Shown: piece by piece, positions 39,417 through 53,500 of the stretch
Layout: every line of letters starts with the position of its first letter
How positions within the stretch are numbered: position 1 is the first letter of the stretch
Position numbers and translations under genes: made by a program
Notes under the pieces: generated by a model
What the model was told of the DNA's origin: nothing
What the model saw: only the letters and a program-made list of their open reading frames with translations
The model's database searches: none
From: the human T2T-CHM13v2.0 reference genome, Homo sapiens
NCBI RefSeq assembly: GCF_009914755.1
Contig: NC_060940.1
Reading direction: 5' to 3' (one strand)
Length of the DNA stretch: 64,000 bases

Positions 39417-42400
39417 GTGTTGTGTGTATTCAACTGACAGAGTTGAACCTTCCTTTAGACAGAGCAGATTTGAAAGGCTCTTTTTGTGGAATTTGCAAGT
39501 GGAGATTTCAAGCGCTTTGAGGCCAAAAGCAGAAAAGGAAATATTTTCCTATAAAAACTCGACAGAATCTTTCTCAGAAACTGCTCTGGGATGTGTGCGT
39601 TCAACTCACAGAGTTTAACTTTTCTTTTCATTCAGCAGTTTGGAAACACTCTGTTTGGAAAGTCTGCACGTGGATATTTTGACCTCTTTGAGGCCTTCGT
39701 TGGAAACGGGTTTTTTTCATGTAAGGCTAGACAGAAGAAATCTCAGTAACTTCCTTGTGTTGTGTGTATTCAACTGACAGAGTTGAACCTTCCTTTAGAC
39801 AGAGCAGATTCGAAACACTCTTTTTCTGCAATTTGCAAGTGGAGACTTCAAGCGCTTTGAGGCCAAAGGCAGAAAAGGAAATATCTTCGTATAAAAACCC
39901 GACAGAATCATTCTCAGAAACTGCTCTGTGATGTGTGCGTTCAACTCACAGAGTTTAACTTTTCTTTTCATTCAGCAGTTTGGAAACACTCTGTTTGTAA
40001 AGTCTGCAAGTGGATATCTTGGCCTCTTAGAGGCCTTCGTTGGAAACGGGTTTTTTCATGTAAGGTTAGACAGAGGAATTCCCAGTAACTTCCTTGTGTT
40101 GTGTGCATTCAACTCACAGAGTTGAATGATTCTTTACACATTGCAGATTTGAGACACTCTTTTGGTGGAATTTGTTAGTGGAGAATTCAGCCGCTTTGAG
40201 GTCAACGGTAGAAAAGGAAATATCTTCGTATAAAAACTAGACAGAATGATTCTCAGAAACTGTTTTGTGATGTGTGCGTTCAACTCACAGAGTTTAACCT
40301 TTCTTTTCAAAGAGCAGTTAGGAAACACTCTGTTTGTAAAGTCTGCAAGTGGATATTCAGACCTCTTTGAGGCCTTCGTTGGAAACGGGATTTCTTCATA
40401 TTATGTTAGACAGATGAATTCTCAGTAACTTCCTTGTGTTGTGTGTATTCAACTCACAGAGTTGAACGATCCTTTACACAGAGCAGATTTGAAACACTGT
40501 TTTTCTGGAATTTGCAAGTGGAGATTTCAGCCGCTTTGAGGTCAATGGTAGAAAAAGAAATATCTTCGTATAAAAACTAGACAGAATGATTCTCAGAAAC
40601 TCCTTTGTGATGTGTGCGTTCAACTCACAGAGTTTAACCTTTCTTTTCACAGAGCAGTTAGGAAACACTCTGTTTGTGAAGCCTGCCAGTGGATATTCGG
40701 ACGTCTTTGAGGCCTTCGTTGGAAACGGGATTTCTTCATATTATGCTAGACAGAAGATTTCTCAGTAACTTCTTTGTGTTGTGTGTATGCAACTCACAGA
40801 GTTCAACCTTCCTTTAGACAGAGCAGATTTGAAACACTCTTTTTGTGGAATTTGCAAGTGGAGATTTCAAGCGCTTCGATGCCAATGGTAGAAAAGGAAA
40901 TATCTTCGTAGAAAAACAAGACAAACTCGTTCCCAGACACTGCGTAGTGATGTGTGTGTTTAACTCACAGAGTTTCACCTTTCTTTTCATACAGCATTCT
41001 GGAAACCCTCTGTTTGTAAAGTCTGCAAGTGGATATTTGGACCTCTTAGATGCCTTCGTTGGAAACGGGATTTCTTCATATAATGCTAGAGGGAAGAATT
41101 CTTAGTAACTTCTTTGTGTTGTGTGTATTCAACTGACAGAGTTGAACCTTCCTTTAGACAGAGCAGATTTGAAAGGCTCTTTTTGTGGAATTTGCAAGTG
41201 GAGATTTCAAGCGCTTTGAGGCCAAAAGCAGAAAAGGAAATATTTTCCTATAAAAACTCGACAGAATCTTTCTCAGAAACTGCTCTGGGATGTGTGCGTT
41301 CAACTCACAGAGTTTAACTTTTCTTTTCATTCAGCAGTTTGGAAACACTCTGTTTGGAAAGTCTGCACGTGGATATTTTGACCTCTTTGAGGCCTTCGTT
41401 GGAAACGGGTTTTTTTCATGTAAGGCTAGACAGAAGAAATCTCAGTAACTTCCTTGTGTTGTGTGTATTCAACTGACAGAGTTGAACCTTCCTTTAGACA
41501 GAGCAGATTCGAAACACTCTTTTTCTGCAATTTGCAAGTGGAGACTTCAAGCGCTTTGAGGCCAAAGGCAGAAAAGGAAATATCTTCGTATAAAAACCCG
41601 ACAGAATCATTCTCAGAAACTGCTCTGTGATGTGTGCGTTCAACTCACAGAGTTTAACTTTTCTTTTCATTCAGCAGTTTGGAAACACTCTGTTTGTAAA
41701 GTCTGCAAGTGGATATCTTGGCCTCTTAGAGGCCTTCGTTGGAAACGGGTTTTTTCATGTAAGGTTAGACAGAGGAATTCCCAGTAACTTCCTTGTGTTG
41801 TGTGCATTCAACTCACAGAGTTGAATGATTCTTTACACAGAGCAGATTTGAGACACTCTTTTGGTGGAATTTGTAAGTGGAGAATTCAGCCGCTTTGAGG
41901 TCAACGGTAGAAAAGGAAATATCTTCGTATAAAAACTAGACAGAATGATTCTCAGAAACTGTTTTGTGATGTGTGCGTTCAACTCACAGAGTTTAACCTT
42001 TCTTTTCAAAGAGCAGTTAGGAAACACTCTGTTTGTAAAGTCTGCAAGTGGATATTCAGACCTCTTTGAGGCCTTCGTTGGAAACGGGATTTCTTCATAT
42101 TATGCTAGACAGATGAATTCTCAGTAACTTCCTTGTGTTGTGTGTATTCAACTCACAGAGTTGAATGATCCTTTACACAGAGCAGATTTGAAACACTGTT
42201 TTTCTGGAATTTGCAAGTGGAGATTTCAGCCGCTTTGAGGTCAATGGTAGAAAAGGAAATATCTTCGTATAAAAACTAGACAGAATGATTCTCAGAAACT
42301 CCTTTGTGATGTGTGCGTTCAACTCACAGAGTTTAACCTTTCTTTTCACAGAGTAGTTAGGAAACACTCTGTTTGTGAAGCCTGCCAGTGGATATTCGGA

Positions 42401-44791
42401 CCTCTTTGAGGCCTTCGTTGGAAACGGGATTTCTTCATATTATGCTAGACAGAAGATTTCTCAGTAACTTCTTTGTGTTGTGTGTATGCAACTCACAGAG
42501 TTCAACCTTCCTTTAGACAGAGCAGATTTGAAACACTCTTTTTGTGGAATTTGCAAGTGGAGATTTCAAGCGCTTCGATGCCAATGGTAGAAAAGGAAAT
42601 ATCTTCGTATAAAAACAAGACAAACTCGTTCCCAGACACTGCGTAGTGATGTGTGTGTTTAACTCACAGAGTTTAACCTTTCTTTTCATACAGCATTCTG
42701 GAAACCCTGTGTTTGTAAAGTCTGCAAGTGGATATTTGGACCTCTTAGATGCCTTCGTTGGAAACGGGATTTCTTCATATAATGCTAGAGGGAAGAATTC
42801 TTAATAACTTCTTTGTGTTGTGTGTATTCAACTGACAGAGTTGAACCTTCCTTTAGACAGAGCAGATTTGAAAGTCTCTTTTTGTGGAATTTGCAAGTGG
42901 AGATTTCAAGCGCTTTGAGGCCAAAAGCAGAAAAGGAAATATTTTCCTATAAAAACTCGACAGAATCTTTCTCAGAAACTGCTCTGGGATGTGTGCGTTC
43001 AACTCACAGAGTTTAACTTTTCTTTTCATTCAGCAGTTTGGAAACACTCTGTTTGGAAAGTCTGCACGTGGATATTTTGACCTCTTTGAGGCCTTCGTTG
43101 GAAACGGGTTTTTTTCATGTAAGGCTAGACAGAAGAAATCTCAGTAACTTCCTTGTGTTGTGTGTATTCAACTGACAGAGTTGAACCTTCCTTTAGACAG
43201 AGCAGATTCGAAACACTCTTTTTCTGCAATTTGCAAGTGGAGACTTCAAGCGCTTTGAGGCCAAAGGCAGAAAAGGAAATATCTTCGTATAAAAACCCGA
43301 CAGAATCATTCTCAGAAACTGCTCTGTGATGTGTGCGTTCAACTCACAGAGTTTAACTTTTCTTTTCATTCAGCAGTTTGGAAACACTCTGTTTGTAAAG
43401 TCTGCAAGTGGATATCTTGGCCTCTTAGAGGCCTTCGTTGGAAACGGGTTTTTTCATGTAAGGTTAGACAGAGGAATTCCCAGTAACTTCCTTGTGTTGT
43501 GTGCATTCAACACACAGAGTTGAATGATTCTTTACACAGAGCAGATTTGAGACACTCTTTTGGTGGAATTTGTTAGTGGAGAATTCAGCCGCTTTGAGGT
43601 CAACGGTAGAAAAGGAAATATCTTCGTATAAAAACTAGACAGAATGATTCTCAGAAACTGTTTTGTGATGTGTGCGTTCAACTCACAGAGTTTAACCTTT
43701 CTTTTCAAAGAGCAGTTAGGAAACACTCTGTTTGTAAAGTCTGCAAGTGGATATTCAGACCTCTTTGAGGCCTTCGTTGGAAACGGGATTTCTTCATATT
43801 ATGCTAGACAGATGAATTCTCAGTAACTTCCTTGTGTTGTGTGTATTCAACTCACAGAGTTGAACGATCCTTTACACAGAGCAGATTTGAAACACTGTTT
43901 TTCTGGAATTTGCAAGTGGAGATTTCAGCCGCTTTGAGGTCAATGGTAGAAAAAGAAATATCTTCGTATAAAAACTAGACAGAATGATTCTCAGAAACTC
44001 CTTTGTGATGTGTGCGTTCAACTCACAGAGTTTAACCTTTCTTTTCACAGAGCAGTTAGGAAACACTCTGTTTGTGAAGCCTGCCAGTGGATATTCGGAC
44101 CTCTTTGAGGCCTTCGTTGGAAACGGGATTTCTTCATATTATGCTAGACAGAAGATTTCTCAGTAACTTCTTTGCGTTGTGTGTATGCAACTCACAGAGT
44201 TCAACCTTCCTTTAGACAGAGCAGATTTGAAACACTCTTTTTGTGGAATTTGCAAGTGGAGATTTCAAGCGCTTCGATGCCAATGGTAGAAAAGGAAATA
44301 TCTTCGTATAAAAACAAGACAAACTCGTTCCCAGACACTGCGTAGTGATGTGTGTGTTTAACTCACAGAGTTTCACCTTTCTTTTCATACAGCATTCTGG
44401 AAACCCTCTGTTTGTAAAGTCTGCAAGTGGATATTTGGACCTCTTAGATGCCTTCGTTGGAAACGGGATTTCTTCATATAATGCTAGAGGGAAGAATTCT
44501 TAGTAACTTCTTTGTGTTGTGTGTATTCAACTGACAGAGTTGAACCTTCCTTTAGACAGAGCAGATTTGAAAGTCTCTTTTTGTGGAATTTGCAAGTGGA
44601 GATTTCAAGCGCTTTGAGGCCAAAAGCAGAAAAGGAAATATTTTCCTATAAAAACTCGACAGAATCTTTCTCAGAAACTGCTCTGGGATGTGTGCATTCA
44701 ACTCACAGAGTTTAACTTTTCTTTTCATTCAGCAGTTTGGAAACACTCTGTTTGGAAAGTCTACACGTGGATATTTTGACCTCTTTGAGGC

Positions 44792-44808
44792 CTTCGTTGG
44801 AAACGGTT
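44792..44808 (+). promoter_or_regulatory. Mutated CENP-B box (core G16>T)
   Basis: Reads CTTCGTTGGAAACGGTT; position 44807 is T. Confidence 0.85.
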
Positions 44809-47800
44809 TTTTTTCATGTAAGTCTAGACAGAAGAAATCTCAGTAACTTCCTTGTGTTGTGTGTATTCAACTGACAGAGTTGAACCTTCCTTTAGACAGA
44901 GCAGATTCGAAACACTCTTTTTCTGCAATTTGCAAGTGGAGACTTCAAGCGCTTTGAGGCCAAAGGCAGAGAAGGAAATATCTTCGTATAAAAACCCGAC
45001 AGAATCATTCTCAGAAACTGCTCTGTGATGTGTGCGTTCAACTCACAGAGTTTAACTTTTCTTTTCATTCAGCAGTTTGGAATCACTCTGTTTGTAAAGT
45101 CTGCAAGTGGATATCTTGGCCTCTTAGAGGCCTTCGTTGGAAACGGGTTTTTTCATGTAAGGTTAGACAGAGGAATTCCCACTAACTTCCTTGTGTTGTG
45201 TGCATTCAACTCACAGAGTTGAATGATTCTTTACACAGAGCAGATTTGAGACACTCTTTTGGTGGAATTTGTAAGTGGAGAATTCAGCTGCTTTGAGGTC
45301 AACGGTAGAAAAGGAAATATCTTCGTATAAAAACTAGACAGAATGATTCTCAGAAACTGTTTTGTGATGTGTGCTTTCAACTCACAGAGTTTAACCTTTC
45401 TTTTCAAAGAGCAGTTAGGAAACACTCTGTTTGTAAAGTCTGCAAGTGGATATTCAGACCTCTTTGAGGCCTTCGTTGGAAACGGGATTTCTTCATATTA
45501 TGCTAGACAGATGAATTCTCAGTAACTTCCTTGTGTTGTGTGTATTCAACTCACAGAGTTGAACGATCCTTTACACAGAGCAGATTTGAAACACTGTTTT
45601 TCTGGAATTTGCAAGTGGAGATTTCAGCCGCTTTGAGGTCAATGGTAGAAAAGGAAATATCTTCGTATAAAAACTAGACAGAATGATTCTCAGAAACTCC
45701 TTTGTGATGTGTGCGTTCAACTCACAGAGTTTAACCTTTCTTTTCACAGAGCAGTTAGGAAACACTCTGTTTGTGAAGCCTGCCAGTGGATATTCGGACC
45801 TCTTTGAGGCCTTCGTTGGAAACGGGATTTCTTCATATTATGCTAGACAGAAGATTTCTCAGTAACTTCTTTGTGTTGTGTGTATGCAACTCACAGAGTT
45901 CAACCTTCCTTTAGACAGAGCAGATTTGAAACACTCTTTTTGTGGAATTTGCAAGTGGAGATTTCAAGCGCTTCGATGCCAATGGTAGAAAAGGAAATAT
46001 CTTCGTAGAAAAACAAGACAAACTCGTTCCCAGACACTGCGTAGTGATGTGTGTGTTTAACTCACAGAGTTTCACCTTTCTTTTCATACAGCATTCTGGA
46101 AACCCTCTGTTTGTAAAGTCTGCAAGTGGATATTTGGACCTCTTAGATGCCTTCGTTGGAAACGGGATTTCTTCATATAATGCTAGAGGGAAGAATTCTT
46201 AGTAACTTCTTTGTGTTGTGTGTATTCAACTGACAGAGTTGAACCTTCCTTTAGACAGAGCAGATTTGAAAGTCTCTTTTTGTGGAATTTGCAAGTGGAG
46301 ATTTCAAGCGCTTTGAGGCCAAAAGCAGAAAAGGAAATATTTTCCTATAAAAACTCGACAGAATCTTTCTCAGAAACTGCTCTGGGATGTGTGCGTTCAA
46401 CTCACAGAGTTTAACTTTTCTTTTCATTCAGCAGTTTGGAAACACTCTGTTTGGAAAGTCTGCACGTGGATATTTTGACCTCTTTGAGGCCTTCGTTGGA
46501 AACGGGTTTTTTTCATGTAAGGCTAGACAGAAGAAATCTCAGTAACTTCCTTGTGTTGTGTGTATTCAACTGACAGAGTTGAACCTTCCTTTAGACAGAG
46601 CAGATTCGAAACACTCTTTTTCTGCAATTTGCAAGTGGAGACTTCAAGCGCTTTGAGGCCAAAGGCAGAAAAGGAAATATCTTCGTATAAAAACCCGACA
46701 GAATCATTCTCAGAAACTGCTCTGTGATGTGTGCGTTCAACTCACAGAGTTTAACTTTTCTTTTCATTCAGCAGTTTGGAAACACTCTGTTTGTAAAGTC
46801 TGCAAGTGGATATCTTGGCCTCTTAGAGGCCTTCGTTGGAAACGGGTTTTTTCATGTAAGGTTAGACAGAGGAATTCCCAGTAACTTCCTTGTGTTGTGT
46901 GCATTCAACTCACAGAGTTGAATGATTCTTTACACAGAGCAGATTTGAGACACTCTTTTGGTGGAATTTGTAAGTGGAGAATTCAGCCGCTTTGAGGTCA
47001 ACGGTAGAAAAGGAAATATCTTCGTATAAAAACTAGACAGAATGATTCTCAGAAACTGTTTTGTGATGTGTGCGTTCAACTCACAGAGTTTAACCTTTCT
47101 TTTCAAAGAGCAGTTAGGAAACACTCTGTTTGTAAAGTCTGCAAGTGGATATTCAGACCTCTTTGAGGCCTTCGTTGGAAACGGGATTTCTTCATATTAT
47201 GCTAGACAGATGAATTCTCAGTAACTTCCTTGTGTTGTGTGTATTCAACTCACAGAGTTGAACGATCCTTTACACAGAGCAGATTTGAAACACTGTTTTT
47301 CTGGAATTTGCAAGTGGAGATTTCAGCCGCTTTGAGGTCAATGGTAGAAAAAGAAATATCTTCGTATAAAAACTAGACAGAATGATTCTCAGAAACTCCT
47401 TTGTGATGTGTGCGTTCAACTCACAGAGTTTAACCTTTCTTTTCACAGAGCAGTTAGGAAACACTCTGTTTGTGAAGCCTGCCAGTGGATATTCGGACCT
47501 CTTTGAGGCCTTCGTTGGAAACGGGATTTCTTCATATTATGCTAGACAGAAGATTTCTCAGTAACTTCTTTGTGTTGTGTGTATGCAACTCACAGAGTTC
47601 AACCTTCCTTTAGACAGAGCAGATTTGAAACACTCTTTTTGTGGAATTTGCAAGTGGAGATTTCAAGCGCTTCGATGCCAATGGTAGAAAAGGAAATATC
47701 TTCGTAGAAAAACAAGACAAACTCGTTCCCAGACACTGCGTAGTGATGTGTGTGTTTAACTCACAGAGTTTCACCTTTCTTTTCATACAGCATTCTGGAA

Positions 47801-50567
47801 ACCCTCTGTTTGTAAAGTCTGCAAGTGGATATTTGGACCTCTTAGATGCCTTCGTTGGAAACGGGATTTCTTCATATAATGCTAGAGGGAAGAATTCTTA
47901 GTAACTTCTTTGTGTTGTGTGTATTCAACTGACAGAGTTGAACCTTCCTTTAGACAGAGCAGATTTGAAAGTCTCTTTTTGTGGAATTTGCAAGTGGAGA
48001 TTTCAAGCGCTTTGAGGCCAAAAGCAGAAAAGGAAATATTTTCCTATAAAAACTCGACAGAATCTTTCTCAGAAACTGCTCTGGGATGTGTGCGTTCAAC
48101 TCACAGAGTTTAACTTTTCTTTTCATTCAGCAGTTTGGAAACACTCTGTTTGGAAAGTCTGCACGTGGATATTTTGACCTCTTTGAGGCCTTCGTTGGAA
48201 ACGGGTTTTTTTCATGTAAGGCTAGACAGAAGAAATCTCAGTAACTTCCTTGTGTTGTGTGTATTCAACTGACAGAGTTGAACCTTCCTTTAGACAGAGC
48301 AGATTCGAAACACTCTTTTTCTGCAATTTGCAAGTGGAGACTTCAAGCGCTTTGAGGCCAAAGGCAGAAAAGGAAATATCTTCGTATAAAAACCCGACAG
48401 AATCATTCTCAGAAACTGCTCTGTGATGTGTGCGTTCAACTCACAGAGTTTAACTTTTCTTTTCATTCAGCAGTTTGGAAACACTCTGTTTGTAAAGTCT
48501 GCAAGTGGATATCTTGGCCTCTTAGAGGCCTTCGTTGGAAACGGGTTTTTTCATGTAAGGTTAGACAGAGGAATTCCCAGTAACTTCCTTGTGTTGTGTG
48601 CATTCAACTCACAGAGTTGAATGATTCTTTACACAGAGCAGATTTGAGACACTCTTTTGGTGGAATTTGTAAGTGGAGAATTCAGCCGCTTTGAGGTCAA
48701 CGGTAGAAAAGGAAATATCTTCGTATAAAAACTAGACAGAATGATTCTCAGAAACTGTTTTGTGATGTGTGCGTTCAACTCACAGAGTTTAACCTTTCTT
48801 TTCAAAGAGCAGTTAGGAAACACTCTGTTTGTAAAGTCTGCAAGTGGATATTCAGACCTCTTTGAGGCCTTCGTTGGAAACGGGATTTCTTCATATTATG
48901 CTAGACAGATGAATTCTCAGTAACTTCCTTGTGTTGTGTGTATTCAACTCACAGAGTTGAACGATCCTTTACACAGAGCAGATTTGAAACACTGTTTTTC
49001 TGGAATTTGCAAGTGGAGATTTCAGCCGCTTTGAGGTCAATGGTAGAAAAAGAAATATCTTCGTATAAAAACTAGACAGAATGATTCTCAGAAACTCCTT
49101 TGTGATGTGTGCGTTCAACTCACAGAGTTTAACCTTTCTTTTCACAGAGCAGTTAGGAAACACTCTGTTTGTGAAGCCTGCCAGTGGATATTCGGACCTC
49201 TTTGAGGCCTTCGTTGGAAACGGGATTTCTTCATATTATGCTAGACAGAAGATTTCTCAGTAACTTCTTTGTGTTGTGTGTATGCAACTCACAGAGTTCA
49301 ACCTTCCTTTAGACAGAGCAGATTTGAAACACTCTTTTTGTGGAATTTGCAAGTGGAGATTTCAAGCGCTTCGATGCCAATGGTAGAAAAGGAAATATCT
49401 TCGTATAAAAACAAGACAAACTCGTTCCCAGACACTGCGTAGTGATGTGTGTGTTTAACTCACAGAGTTTCACCTTTCTTTTCATACAGCATTCTGGAAA
49501 CCCTCTGTTTGTAAAGTCTGCAAGTGGATATTTGGACCTCTTAGATGCCTTCGTTGGAAACGGGATTTCTTCATATAATGCTAGAGGGAAGAATTCTTAG
49601 TAACTTCTTTGTGTTGTGTGTATTCAACTGACAGAGTTGAACCTTCCTTTAGACAGAGCAGATTTGAAAGTCTCTTTTTGTGGAATTTGCAAGTGGAGAT
49701 TTCAAGCGCTTTGAGGCCAAAAGCAGAAGAGGAAATATTTTCCTATAAAAACTCGACAGAATCTTTCTCAGAAACTGCTCTGGGATGTGTGCGTTCAACT
49801 CACAGAGTTTAACTTTTCTTTTCATTCAGCAGTTTGGAAACACTCTGTTTGGAAAGTCTGCACGTGGATATTTTGACCTCTTTGAGGCCTTCGTTGGAAA
49901 CGGGTTTTTTTCATGTAAGGCTAGACAGAAGAAATCTCAGTAACTTCCTTGTGTTGTGTGTATTCAACTGACAGAGTTGAACCTTCCTTTAGACAGAGCA
50001 GATTCGAAACACTCTTTTTCTGCAATTTGCAAGTGGAGACTTCAAGCGCTTTGAGGCCAAAGGCAGAAAAGGAAATATCTTCGTATAAAAACCCGACAGA
50101 ATCATTCTCAGAAACTGCTCTGTGATGTGTGCGTTCAACTCACAGAGTTTAACTTTTCTTTTCATTCAGCAGTTTGGAAACACTCTGTTTGTAAAGTCTG
50201 CAAGTGGATATCTTGGCCTCTTAGACGCCTTCGTTGGAAACGGGTTTTTTCATGTAAGGTTAGACAGAGGAATTCCCAGTAACTTCCTTGTGTTGTGTGC
50301 ATTCAACTCACAGAGTTGAATGATTCTTTACACAGAGCAGATTTGAGACACTCTTTTGGTGGAATTTGTTAGTGGAGAATTCAGCCGCTTTGAGGTCAAC
50401 GGTAGAAAAGGAAATATCTTCGTATAAAAACTAGACAGAATGATTCTCAGAAACTGTTTTGTGATGTTTGCGTTCAACTCACAGAGTTTAACCTTTCTTT
50501 TCAAAGAGCAGTTAGGAAACACTCTGTTTGTAAAGTCTGCAAGTGGATATTCAGACCTCTTTGAGGC

Positions 50568-50584
50568 CTTCGTTGGAAACTGGA
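50568..50584 (+). promoter_or_regulatory. Mutated CENP-B box (core G14>T, second CpG lost)
   Basis: Reads CTTCGTTGGAAACTGGA; position 50581 is T. Confidence 0.85.
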
Positions 50585-53500
50585 TTTCTTCATATTATGC
50601 TAGACAGATGAATTCTCAGTAACTTCCTTGTGTTGTGTGTATTCAACTCACAGAGTTGAACGATCCTTTACACAGAGCAGATTTGAAACACTGTTTTTCT
50701 GGAATTTGCAAGTGGAGATTTCAGCCGCTTTGAGGTCAATGGTAGAAAAAGAAATATCTTCGTATAAAAACTAGACAGAATGATTCTCAGAAACTCCTTT
50801 GTGATGTGTGCGTTCAACTCACAGAGTTTAACCTTTCTTTTCACAGAGCAGTTAGGAAACACTCTGTTTGTGAAGCCTGCCAGTGGATATTCGGACCTCT
50901 TTGAGGCCTTCGTTGGAAACGGGATTTCTTCATATTATGCTAGACAGAAGATTTCTCAGTAAGTTCTTTGCGTTGTGTGTATGCAACTCACAGAGTTCAA
51001 CCTTCCTTTAGACAGAGCAGATTTGAAACACTCTTTTTGTGGAATTTGCAAGTGGAGATTTCAAGCGCTTCGATGCCAATGGTAGAAAAGGAAATATCTT
51101 CGTAGAAAAACAAGACAAACTCGTTCCCAGACACTGCGTAGTGATGTGTGTGTTTAACTCACAGAGTTTAACCTTTCTTTTCATACAGCATTCTGGAAAC
51201 CCTGTGTTTGTAAAGTCTGCAAGTGGATATTTGGACCTCTTAGATGCCTTCGTTGGAAACGGGATTTCTTCATATAATGCTAGAGGGAAGAATTCTTAGT
51301 AACTTCTTTGTGTTGTGTGTATTCAACTGACAGAGTTGAACCTTCCTTTAGACAGAGTAGATTTGAAAGTCTCTTTTTGTGGAATTTGCAAGTGGAGATT
51401 TCAAGCGCTTTGAGGCCAAAAGCAGAAAAGGAAATATTTTCCTATAAAAACTCGACAGAATCTTTCTCAGAAACTGCTCTGGGATGTGTGCGTTCAACTC
51501 ACAGAGTTTAACTTTTCTTTTCATTCAGCAGTTTGGAAACACTCTGTTTGGAAAGTCTGCACGTGGATATTTTGACCTCTTTGAGGCCTTCGTTGGAAAC
51601 GGGTTTTTTTCATGTAAGGCTAGACAGAAGAAATCTCAGTAACTTCCTTGTGTTGTGTGTATTCAACTGACAGAGTTGAACCTTCCTTTAGACAGAGCAG
51701 ATTCGAAACACTCTTTTTCTGCAATTTGCAAGTGGAGACTTCAAGCGCTTTGAGGCCAAAGGCAGAAAAGGAAATATCTTCGTATAAAAACCCAACAGAA
51801 TCATTCTCAGAAACTGCTCTGTGATGTGTGCGTTCAACTCACAGAGTTTAACTTTTCTTTTCATTCAGCAGTTTGGAAACACTCTGTTTGTAAGGTCTGC
51901 AAGTGGATATCTTGGCCTCTTAGAGGCCTTCGTTGGAAACGGGTTTTTTCATGTAAGTTTAGACAGAGGAATTCCCAGTAACTTCCTTGTGTTGTGTGCA
52001 TTCAACTCACAGAGTTGAATGATTCTTTACACAGAGCAGATTTGAGACACTCTTTTGGTGGAATTTGTAAGTGGAGAATTCAGCCGCTTTGAGGTCAACG
52101 GTAGAAAAGGAAATATCTTCGTATAAAAACTAGACAGAATGATTCTCAGAAACTGTTTTGTGATGTGTGCGTTCAACTCACAGAGTTTAACCTTTCTTTT
52201 CAAAGAGCAGTTAGGAAACACTCTGTTTGTAAAGTCTGCAAGTGGATATTCAGACCTCTTTGAGGCCTTCGTTGGAAACGGGATTTCTTCATATTATGCT
52301 AGACAGATGAATTCTCAGTAACTTCCTTGTGTTGTGTGTATTCAACTCACAGAGTTGAACGATCCTTTACACAGAGCAGATTTGAAACACTGTTTTTCTG
52401 GAATTTGCAAGTGGAGATTTCAGCCGCTTTGAGGTCAATGGTAGAAAAGGAAATATCTTCGTATAAAAACTAGACAGAATGATTCTCAGAAACTCCTTTG
52501 TGATGTGTGCGTTCAACTCACAGAGTTTAACCTTTCTTTTCACAGAGCAGTTAGGAAACACTCTGTTTGTGAAGCCTGCCAGTGGATATTCGGACCTCTT
52601 TGAGGCCTTCGTTGGAAACGGGATTTCTTCATATTATGCTAGACAGAAGATTTCTCAGTAACTTCTTTGTGTTGTGTGTATGCAACTCACAGAGTTCAAC
52701 CTTCCTTTAGACAGAGCAGATTTGAAACACTCTTTTTGTGGAATTTGCAAGTGGAGATTTCAAGCGCTTCGATGCCAATGGTAGAAAAGGAAATATCTTC
52801 GTATAAAAACAAGACAAACTCGTTCCCAGACACTGCGTAGTGATGTGTGTGTTTAACTCACAGAGTTTCACCTTTCTTTTCATACAGCATTCTGGAAACC
52901 CTCTGTTTGTAAAGTCTGCAAGTGGATATTTGGACCTCTTAGATGCCTTCGTTGGAAACGGGATTTCTTCATATAATGCTAGAGGGAAGAATTCTTAGTA
53001 ACTTCTTTGTGTTGTGTGTATTCAACTGACAGAGTTGAACCTTCCTTTAGACAGAGCAGATTTGAAAGTCTCTTTTTGTGGAATTTGCAAGTGGAGATTT
53101 CAAGCGCTTTGAGGCCAAAAGCAGAAAAGGAAATATTTTCCTATAAAAACTAGACAGAATCATTCTCAGAAACTGCTCTGTGATGTGTGTGTTCAACTCA
53201 CAGAGTTTAACTTTCTTTTCATTCAGCAGTTTGGAAACACTCTGCTTGGAAAGTCTGCACGTGGATATTTTGACCTCTTTGAGGCCTTCGTTGGAAACGG
53301 GTTTTTTTCATGTAAGGCTAGACAGAAGAAATCTCAGTAACTTCCTTGTGTTGTGTGTATTCAACTGACAGAGTTGAACCTTCCTTTAGACAGAGCAGAT
53401 TCGAAACACTCTTTTTCTGCAATTTGCAAGTGGAGACTTCAAGCGCTTTGAGGCCAAAGGCAGAAAAGGAAATATCTTCGTATAAAAACCCGACAGAATC

